Source: an uncultured Clostridia bacterium
GTDB lineage: Bacteria; Bacillota; Clostridia; TANB77; CAG-465
Assembly (NCBI GenBank): GCA_947626975.1
Contig: CANQUF010000004.1
Coordinates: 9,907 to 73,906, forward strand
Length of the DNA stretch: 64,000 nt
Direction of reading: 5' to 3'
In this document: positions 53,844 through 62,455 of the stretch, in pieces
Position numbering within the stretch: the first letter of the stretch is position 1
Layout: every line of letters begins with the position of its first letter
Notes under the pieces: model-generated
What the model was told of the DNA's origin: nothing
The model's input: the letters and a program-made list of their open reading frames with translations, nothing else
Databases searched by the model: none
Position numbers and translations under genes: made by a program

Positions 53844-53985
53844 GTGCGACGGGCATGTCGTTTAGTTAATCGGTGAAAGTCCGTAGTGGAGGAAGTGCTT
53901 AGCAAAATCTTGGCTCAATGAACAAAAACTTGATACTAAGGCTTGATAAGTGGGTAAGACTAAAAATGATAAAATAAAAGTAACC
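53844..53985 (+). mobile_element. putative 5' fragment of a class C (IIC) group II intron
   Basis: Starts GTGCG 2 nt after the terminator T-run. GUGCG-ACGGGCAUGUCG-...-CGGUGAAAGUCCG mirrors known IIC intron 5' ends. No RT ORF or domain V/VI was found. The 3' limit is uncertain. Confidence 0.45.
53960..53985 (+). repeat. left copy of a perfect 26-bp inverted repeat
   Basis: ctaaaaatgataaaataaaagtaacc; its exact reverse complement lies at 58239-58264. Confidence 0.9.
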
Positions 53986-54117
53986 GAAAAAGGGAAAATT
54001 ATTTTGTGACTTGTTCACTTTTCATAAAATAATTTCATAGGGTGATCATATCTTAAAATAATTATTGATACAACAAAAGTTTTATAGTATAATGTATAAA
54101 ATATTGGAGGAAATTAA

Positions 54118-55344
54118 ATGATATACTTATTTATAATTTTATTTTTATTGTTAATAATAATTAATGTTTATTTCTTAATTAAGGCGATTAAGATAAAAAA
54201 CAATGCAAATTGGTTAAAGTTATTTTCACTAAATATATTTTCTATAGTAAGTGTAGTATTTGTTATATATTACACCTTATCTAATCAATATTTAGGTTGG
54301 AATTTTTTAGAATATTTAGCATTATGTTTTGTATCGTTGTGTATTTATATTATTATACTAATTATTAGTAGTATTTTAAAAATTTTAGAATCTAATAAAA
54401 ATAAAAAACAAAATATTATTAAAGAAAAATTACATAAAAGTGTTATAATAAAATCAATAATAATACCATTAATTTTTGTACTTGTTTTAACAACTGTTGT
54501 TTGTGGAATTGATTATTCAAAATATGTTTTACAAAAAAGAGGAGAAATAAACACATATAACAATGTAAAAAATAATGAAATATCTAAAATGGCTAGTTTT
54601 TTAAATGATAAATATAATATGAATATTAATGAAAGTGATTTAATTTATTATCGCAAGCAAGATTATACTATTCATTCAGATATATTTGGTAATGGCTCTA
54701 CATATAATATACCTTATATTGCCGTGTTTGAAGTTAATAATGAGAAAATTACTGTGGTTGATAGAAAAGGATTTATTTCAGATAATAAACAGCTAAAAGA
54801 CTTAAATAAACTTATAGTAGATTACTATCAAAAACAAACAGGAATAAAATTTGATTATATAGCATTTCGTAAATCATATGTTGGTAGTTGGAGTGGAAAT
54901 GATAATATTATCAATATAGTTTTACAAACAAAATTTAATAAACTAATTACTGATAAAAATATTGAAGAATTTATTAATTATATTTTAGAAGAAAAAGACT
55001 TATCAATTGAATTTTATATTGAAGAAAATGATAATAATAGAGATATACTAATAGACAGTATAACTAAAAACTTAGGTTATTTAAAAGAATATTCTAATAT
55101 AAAAGAAATAGCAGTTCATGGTTATAATGGCGACTTAAGTATTAAAAATAAAGAAATAGAGTTCCCTAATGAGGATAAAGATTATGGAAATTCAAGTGAA
55201 GATATTCATGATAGTTATAAATTTGGATGTTATTATGTAGATCCTGATTTTAAAAATTTTACCTTTTCTTTAATAATGGATTTAGATAGAGGTTATGATT
55301 CTGAAAGAGGTGAACTAATTAATGGTTGGAGATACATTTATTAA
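54118..55344 (+). CDS. hypothetical membrane protein (4 N-terminal TM + ~270-aa soluble domain)
   Basis: RBS ggagga; no recognisable motif. Confidence 0.55.
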   Translation: MIYLFIILFLLLIIINVYFLIKAIKIKNNANWLKLFSLNIFSIVSVVFVIYYTLSNQYLGWNFLEYLALCFVSLCIYIIILIISSILKILESNKNKKQNIIKEKLHKSVIIKSIIIPLIFVLVLTTVVCGIDYSKYVLQKRGEINTYNNVKNNEISKMASFLNDKYNMNINESDLIYYRKQDYTIHSDIFGNGSTYNIPYIAVFEVNNEKITVVDRKGFISDNKQLKDLNKLIVDYYQKQTGIKFDYIAFRKSYVGSWSGNDNIINIVLQTKFNKLITDKNIEEFINYILEEKDLSIEFYIEENDNNRDILIDSITKNLGYLKEYSNIKEIAVHGYNGDLSIKNKEIEFPNEDKDYGNSSEDIHDSYKFGCYYVDPDFKNFTFSLIMDLDRGYDSERGELINGWRYIY

Positions 55345-55921
55345 ATTATCTATTAAATTAATATAAAAGTTATAAAAAAATATCATTTTATAGCTTATTT
55401 ATCAATATTTATGAGTGTAACTGTTGAGCATGTTAATAATGTATATCTTATATAGATGTCACTTTTTTATAAAAAAAATTAACATTTGTTGACACTTAAA
55501 AATTTATATGATATATTTAAAATATATTAGATTAGGCAAATTTATTATTTAAATAATATGTAAACTAAAGAGAAATAAAATATAAAAATACTATACATCA
55601 TACATATATAATAAAGTATTATTAGAAAATAAAAAAATATATTTTGGTATATAAATAATAATATGAGATATATAGTAACCGGTGTTAGGATATGGATAAT
55701 GTTCTAGCACTAGTTTTTTGTATTTTTTATATTTAATATGAATTTATTTTATGTATAAGATATGTTAAAATATGAATAATAGAGTAAAATAAGCATTTTT
55801 AACTATGGATGCTTATTTAAATAAAATATGAAATTTTATTTCAAATATAGTAGAAACTGTAAAATGATATGCGAAATATGAAAAAAATAGAAATTTGATA
55901 AATAATATTAAGAGGTATAAA

Positions 55922-58223
55922 ATGAAAAATAAATTATTTAAAATGGTAATATTTCCATTAATTTTCTTATGTTTTGTTAGTATATATCCAAATAATATTA
56001 ATGCCACAGAAAAAAATACTGATTTTATTTATTATAATGAAAGCTCAAGTTTAAGTGTTGATAACTTGAATTTTGATTCTGTGGTATTTAAAAGAAAAAC
56101 TAATGCTCAAGGAATAGCAGAAATGGGATTAACAGGAAATATACATAATAGCAGTGATAATGAAGTAAAATGCTATACTATAGTTAGATTTTATAATTTA
56201 AAATATGAGCTAGTTGCAACAACTACTAAGCTACAAATTGTACCAGCTAATAGTAATATTGAATATAATCAATTAGTTGATGAACAAAGCATTGATTTTA
56301 CAGAAGTTATTAATAGAGATATATACTGTTATGCTTTAGATGTTATAACAATAGATAATACTAATGTTTCGAATGATTTTGATGAATCAGAATATTTAAA
56401 TCATGTAATAAATAAATATAGTTTATATGATTATTTTATAAATAATTATGATGTAGATATTGTAGTAAATGAAAATAATACATTTGATATAACTGAAACG
56501 ATAGATGTGTACTTTAATGTTCAGAAGCACGGAATATATAGAAAGATTCCGTTACAAAATACAATAAAAAGATTAGATGGTACAAGCTCAATAAATAATG
56601 CAAAAGTGTCAAATGTGAATGTAAATGATACATATAAAGTAAATTGTGTAGATGATAATTGTAAAATAAATATAGGATCAATAAATGAAAATTTATTAGG
56701 AAAGAAACAATACATAATAAAATATATATATGATATAGGAAATGATCCTGTGAAAAATTATGATGAATTATATTATAATATTATAGGTACAGAGTGGGAT
56801 ACGATAATTGAAAATTTAACATTTACAATTACTATGCCAAAAGAATTTGATATAAATAAATTAGGCTTTTCATCTGGAGAGGAAGGCTCAGTATTAAATG
56901 ATAAAATAAATTATGATATAAAAGGAAATGTAATAAAAGGTAATTACACGGATTTTTTAAATCCTGGAGAAGCAGTAACTGTTAGATGTGAACTGCCTGA
57001 GGGATATTTTGTTAAAAAAATAATAATTGACGATTTAAAGAATTATATAATAATAATTATAAATTTGATTTTTGTAGGAATTTCATTTTTAATATGGTAT
57101 AAATGTGGTAAAGATTCGAATGTATTAGAAACTGTTGAGTTTTATTCACCTGATGGACTTAATAGTTTAGATGTAGGATATTTATATAAAGGACATGTAG
57201 AAGATGAAGATGTAACTTCATTACTTATTTATTTAGCAAATAAAGGATATATTAAGGTCTCAGAGGATGACATTTATGATTTTAGGATTACTAAACTAAA
57301 AGAATATGATGGAACTGATGAAAGAGAAAGAATGTTCCTTGAAGGATTATTTAATCCTAAGGGATATAGCAATTTAAATGAAGTTACAAGTAAAGAGTTA
57401 TATAATTCGTTTTACACTACTATTGATAAGATTAAGAGAAATATAAAGAAAAATAAAAAATACTTTTATAAAAATACATCTAAAAAAATAATTCTAAATA
57501 TTTTCTTTATTATTGCATTCTTTATTATGTATATAGTTTTGTTTGATAAGCTTGGTAAAGAAGCTATTCTTGCTTCTATTCTTTTAAGTGTGGTTGAGTT
57601 ACCTTTTACATTATTATATGTTGATTGGATTAATAAGACAAGATCTGTTTTAACCTTTATAATAGGAACTATTATTTATGGTTCAATTTTTATGCTGCCG
57701 TTCTTTGGATTTGGTGGATTTAATTTAATTCGGCGGTATTGATTGGATAATAACTTTGCTTGTATGTATTATTTCATTAATAATTATTGAAATATTAAAC
57801 AATAATTTAGTTAAAAAAACTAAATATGGAAATGAATTATATGGAAAAATAAAAGGATTTAAAAATTTCCTTGAAACAGTTGAAAAAGAAAAATTAGAAG
57901 AACTTGTTATGGAGAATCCAAAATATTTTTATGATATATTGCCATATACGTATGTATTAGAAATATCAGATAAGTGGATTGAAAAATTTGAAACAATATC
58001 TATGAAATCTCCAGATTGGTATGATGGTAATTTATATAAATCTAATTTAAGTTCTTCAATTAACTCAATTAGCAATTTTATGGAAATGACGAATCATATA
58101 ATTTCATCTAATCCATCTATTACTAGTAGAAGTAATTCATTAGGTGGAGGTTCTTCATCTTCTGGTGGTGGCTTTTCTGGAGGAGGCTCAGGAGGTGGAC
58201 GGAGGAGGCTCTTGGTAAGCTAA
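55922..58223 (+). pseudogene. DUF2207-type membrane protein, split by a +1 frame change (and a second one at the Gly-rich tail)
   Basis: Signal peptide, ectodomain, TMs, then stop at 57742. The +1 frame continues ...GGIDWIITLLVCII...KIKGFKNFLE...LPYTYVLE... to the tail GGGSSSSGGGFSGGGSGGG. Confidence 0.65.
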
Positions 58224-58238
58224 AATTCGTGAAATATT

Positions 58239-58264
58239 GGTTACTTTTATTTTATCATTTTTAG
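58239..58264 (-). repeat. right copy of the perfect 26-bp inverted repeat
   Basis: ggttacttttattttatcatttttag is the reverse complement of 53960-53985. Confidence 0.9.
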
Positions 58265-58540
58265 AAGACAACTACTCTTTCTAAAGTCGTATAGAGTAAG
58301 GAGATAGAGATGGTCAATTTTCATACTATTATACTGAAATAAGTAATTTAAAAAGAACAGAGCTTGAGAAGAAAATTTCTAAATATTAAGTATATTAGTT
58401 ATTTAACTGAAATTGATTTATATCCTTTTTATGAACTTATGCATAATGGAAATAGAACTAACAAATGATTTATATTTTCGTAATCATTATATTGCAAAAT
58501 CAAAATCTTTTGATATAATTTAGTTATTAATTAATAAAAT

Positions 58541-58578
58541 CCTCAAAGATATAATTTATCTTCGGGGATAATTTTTTT
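58541..58578 (+). terminator. orphan intrinsic terminator in a decayed region
   Basis: Stem cctcaaagat/atcttcgggg (one mismatch, one G-U pair) followed by a T7-containing run. Confidence 0.5.
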
Positions 58579-58971
58579 AGTATATTAATATAACTAATCA
58601 AATATATAAATAATTAAATATATAATTATATAACAGTTTGAACTTTTTATACTCATATGGTATAATAAAAATATAAAAGAAAAATATAAAATTAATGTGA
58701 ATTAAATGAAAATTATAACAGTTCGTGTAAGTAAGTTATCTGACATTATTTTAGTTTTAATGTGGATAATTATATAGGAAATAGCACAAAAAGTGAGATA
58801 GAATTTGTAAAAAAACTAAATAAAGAAATTATTTATTATACTGATATTGTAAATGATAATTTATATAATTAAAAAAGTTATTAATATATTAAATTAAAAA
58901 ATTATAATTAAGGAGTGCATGAAGTATAATAATATAGAAATTTTAAATTAAATTTTATTAAGGGAGAAATA

Positions 58972-59979
58972 ATGGAAATAATTATAATTACAGTATGTAT
59001 AATTTTTATAAGTATATTAATATATGGCTCTACATATATTAATATGCTAGATAAAAATAAAGTTACAGGACTTACAAAATATCTAAAAAATATAGTTAAA
59101 GATCCTGGTGGAGTAAACATTACAACAGAATTATCTGTTACAATTCTAGAATTTATAATATCAGGTATTGTAGTAGAAAAGTATGGTGTACCTTTAGTAT
59201 CTAGTCTTGCTAATAAATTTTCATATATAACTTTTAATTCTATAAAGTATATTACTATTTTAATTGTAACAATTATTGCAACATACATAACAATGATACT
59301 AGGAACATATATACCAAAACATTTAGTTTTAATTAGAAAAAGCAAAAAAATAAATAAAATTGCCCTATATATATTTGCTATTACTTCAACAATATTACTT
59401 CCGCTATCTTTTGTGGCTACAATATTAGATAGATCCTATCATAAAAGAAAGGATAAAATAGAAGATGAACTTTATAGAAGAGATGAAATAAAGCATTTTA
59501 CTAATGTAGAATATCATAAGGGTAGTATAAATAAAATTGAAAAAGATATAATTGAAAAAGCTACTACATCTTTTGATGTAAAGGTATCAAAAATTATGAC
59601 TCCAATAGATAAGGTGGCATTTATAAAAATAAATTACTCATTTTTAACAATAATGAAAACTTTTAAAAAATCTACTTATTCAAGGTTAGTAGTATATAAT
59701 GATAATAAAACAAAAATTTTAGGTGCATTATATGTAAAAGATGTTTTGCATAATTATGAAGATATTAAATCTGGTAAAATTAATATAGAAGATATATTAA
59801 GAAAGCCACTTGAAATATCTCATGAAGATACAGCGTATAAGATATATATGAAGATGAGAAAAAATAAAATGCATCTTGCTACTATAAAAAATGATGATGA
59901 CATAATCATAGGTATACTTACTTTGGATGACATATTAGAAGAAATATTAGGAAAAATAGGTGATGAATATAGTTCATAA
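58972..59979 (+). CDS. CNNM/DUF21 transmembrane domain + CBS-pair protein (TlyC/CorC-like, lacks the CorC_HlyC tail)
   Basis: 4 N-terminal TMs, then two CBS-like units (VSKIMTPIDKVAF..., ...IIGILTLDDILEEILG). Confidence 0.75.
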   Translation: MEIIIITVCIIFISILIYGSTYINMLDKNKVTGLTKYLKNIVKDPGGVNITTELSVTILEFIISGIVVEKYGVPLVSSLANKFSYITFNSIKYITILIVTIIATYITMILGTYIPKHLVLIRKSKKINKIALYIFAITSTILLPLSFVATILDRSYHKRKDKIEDELYRRDEIKHFTNVEYHKGSINKIEKDIIEKATTSFDVKVSKIMTPIDKVAFIKINYSFLTIMKTFKKSTYSRLVVYNDNKTKILGALYVKDVLHNYEDIKSGKINIEDILRKPLEISHEDTAYKIYMKMRKNKMHLATIKNDDDIIIGILTLDDILEEILGKIGDEYSS

Positions 59980-59987
59980 TATATAAA

Positions 59988-60362
59988 AATAAGAACAAAA
60001 GTGATTTTAACTACTTTTGTTCTTATTTTACTTTAAAATATAATTAAAATTTATTTAGTAAAGTAGTAGATTTAATTTACTATTTTAATCTTTGAATAAT
60101 CATAGTAATAACGGTATTTAAAAATAAAGAATCATCTTCACCAAGTGTAGGTGTATCTAAATAAATCTCAGTTTTACCTAAATTTACTAATTCAAAAGTG
60201 TCATTTGGTAGAACAGTAGAAACAATACCTTGACCAATAAGTTGAACTGGAATTTGATTGTAATCCCACATACTGCCACCGGCATATACTGTACTTTCGT
60301 CTACCTTTTTAAATCCTATTACAACTATATCTCTATTTTTTACAATTACAGTATCATTAATA
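59988..60362. repeat. direct repeat copy 1 (~375 bp; 3' end of the collagen-like gene plus its terminator)
   Basis: Nearly identical to 62456-62823. I saw 3 mismatches in the ~280-bp coding part; the 3' UTR is more diverged. Confidence 0.9.
59991..60024. terminator. bidirectional terminator (12-bp perfect stem)
   Basis: aagaacaaaagt/acttttgttctt. Confidence 0.7.
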
Positions 60363-60475
60363 TAAAATGTACTAACAGAAAAATTTGAAATGAAAACCTC
60401 AATATGCAAAAAAAATGGAACTAAAGCTAAAATAAAAGAGATAAGTGCAAAAATCAAAGAATCACTTATCTCCAA
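60080..60475 (-). pseudogene. 3' fragment of a BclA-like collagen protein paralogue (C-terminal domain only)
   Basis: The C-terminal 92 aa are identical to the end of 62541.. and the upstream part is a diverged homologue. TTG start without RBS. Further homology continues upstream in another frame. Confidence 0.7.
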
Positions 60476-60833
60476 AATAGCAAAGCCAGTTGAACATATG
60501 AAAATTTAATTAAGATTTTACCATAAATATGTGATGCAATAGAGAATTGGTAAAAAATGAAAATTAAAAAATGGTACAAAAAATACAGGTAAAAGCACCT
60601 ATAGTATGTGAATAACTTTACTCTAAAAATACAAAAAAATTAAAAAGTTTTTTAAATAAAAATCTTTATTTTTTAGATAAATACCATTTTTTAATTTTTT
60701 TGCTGAGATTTAAGAAAAATATATTGATTTATGATTAAAAATTTGTTATTATATGAAGTATAGTATATAATTTATAATAGTTTAAAGTATAGTAATACTA
60801 CTATTATAACAAATACATTTTTATAGGTGGCAT

Positions 60834-61940
60834 ATGAAAAGTTATATATCAAAATTAAAAAAAATATATAAATTAGGTGAATTAACTTTAATAAAAAATT
60901 ATAAAGAACAAAAAATAGAAAAACACACATTATATGATTTATTTTGGGAATGCACATTAACTTGTAACGCTAAATGTAAGCATTGTGGAAGTAATGCTGA
61001 AAAGAAGAAGTATAACGGAGAATTAACAACAGAAGAAATTAAATCAGCTTTTAAACAAATTGCAAACGATATGGATGCAAGTAAAATACTAATAAATGTT
61101 ACAGGTGGTGAGCCTTTAGTAAGACAAGATTTATGTGAAGTAATGGAATATGCAACAAATGAATTAGGATTTCATTGGGGCATGACAACAAATGGTATTT
61201 TATTAAATGATGAAAATATCCAAAAATTAAGGAAAGCTAATATGGAAACAATTTCTATAAGTATTAACGGATTAAAGAAAACTCATGATGCATTTATAGG
61301 AATTAAAGGTTCGTATAATATAGTAATAAATAATATAAAGAATTTAAAAAAGGCTGGATACGTAAAACATCTTCAGGTTACTACGGTTTTTCATAAAGAT
61401 AACATAAATCAATTAAATGATTTATATAATGTAATGTTAAATTTAGGATTAGATTCATGGAGATTAGTTTCAATTGATCCAATAGGAAGAGCAAATGAAA
61501 ACAATGGATTGTTACTTAACGGAAAAGAAATAAAACAAATACTTGATTTTATAATGTTAAATAAAAAAAATAAAAATTTAAAACTGGAATATGGTTGTCC
61601 TGGATTTTTAGGATTAAATTATGAAAAAGAAGTAAGAAATAATTATTTTGATTGCAGGACAGGTATAAATGTTGCTAGCATATTATATAATGGTGATCTA
61701 TTTGTTTGTCCTAATGTCCCTAGAATAAAAAGATTTATACAAGGTAATATTAGAACAGATAATTTTAAAGAGATTTGGGATAATAAATATAAAGAATTTA
61801 GAAATAAAAATAGGACAAGATGTGATGAGTGTTCTAAATGTAAATATTGGGATTATTGTTTAGGTGGAGCTTTTCATACATGGAATTTTAATGATAATAA
61901 ACAAAATAAATGTACTTATAATATGATTAATGAAATATAG
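60834..61940 (+). CDS. radical SAM enzyme with a SPASM/twitch-type C-terminal Cys cluster domain
   Basis: CNAKCKHCGS (CxxxCxxC), GGEPLVRQD, and C-terminal CPGF...CRTG...CPN...CDECSKCKYWDYCLGG. RBS aggtgg. Confidence 0.85.
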   Translation: MKSYISKLKKIYKLGELTLIKNYKEQKIEKHTLYDLFWECTLTCNAKCKHCGSNAEKKKYNGELTTEEIKSAFKQIANDMDASKILINVTGGEPLVRQDLCEVMEYATNELGFHWGMTTNGILLNDENIQKLRKANMETISISINGLKKTHDAFIGIKGSYNIVINNIKNLKKAGYVKHLQVTTVFHKDNINQLNDLYNVMLNLGLDSWRLVSIDPIGRANENNGLLLNGKEIKQILDFIMLNKKNKNLKLEYGCPGFLGLNYEKEVRNNYFDCRTGINVASILYNGDLFVCPNVPRIKRFIQGNIRTDNFKEIWDNKYKEFRNKNRTRCDECSKCKYWDYCLGGAFHTWNFNDNKQNKCTYNMINEI

Positions 61941-61948
61941 GAGGGATT

Positions 61949-62284
61949 ATGAAAAATTTTATATCAAAGTTAAAAAAAATATTTAATTTGATTTTATTAA
62001 TAATTATATCAATTCCAAATAAAATTTTTGCAGAAGTACTAGATGTTAGTAATTATACTGCTTTGTATGGAATGCCTAATCCTAAGCCTAGTACAATAAC
62101 TAGTACAATAATATTAAAAATTGCAAAAATTTGTATTATACCTATGGCATCATTGGTAGGTATTATAGTATACTTAAAAAAGAGTAAAAGTAGTAAGAAG
62201 AAAAAAATAACAATAACAATAATATCTATTGCTATAATTAGTATAATTACAATTATTTTATATAAAATTCTAGAAAATATGTAA
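61949..62284 (+). CDS. small secreted/membrane protein (signal peptide, ~25-aa exposed segment, two TM, Lys-rich loop)
   Basis: RBS ggaggga 8 nt after the rSAM stop. Its N-terminus resembles the rSAM N-terminus. Confidence 0.5.
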   Translation: MKNFISKLKKIFNLILLIIISIPNKIFAEVLDVSNYTALYGMPNPKPSTITSTIILKIAKICIIPMASLVGIIVYLKKSKSSKKKKITITIISIAIISIITIILYKILENM

Positions 62285-62455
62285 TATATAAAATAAATGA
62301 TGGAAATAATTTTAAAAATAAAGTTGTAAAGTAATTGTATTTTAATACTAATATTTAATCTATCTAAGTAAGAATTCATCACTTCTTAAGTGATGGGAGT
62401 ATGTCACATAATATAAAAAAGTTAAATAGAATTTACAAAAATACTAAATTAAGAA

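Noticed and set aside
53860-53900. The GGTGAAAGTCC element as a possible cobalamin riboswitch core or other leader for the 54118 gene
   Set aside because: I found no B12-box or other riboswitch signature. The GTGCG start immediately after a terminator fits a group IIC intron 5' end better.
58707-58872. A possible small frameshifted gene (MKIITVRVSKLSDIILVLM... then ...VDNYIGNSTKSEIEFVKKLNKEIIYY...) with an upstream TTGAAC/TATAAT-like promoter
   Set aside because: I cannot assign it to any family from the sequence alone, and it needs a frame change. It is reported only as debris in the findings.
62377-62395. Tight hairpin catcactt-ctt-aagtgatg downstream of the 61949 gene as a terminator
   Set aside because: It has only a 3-nt loop and no T-run on either strand, so the support is insufficient.
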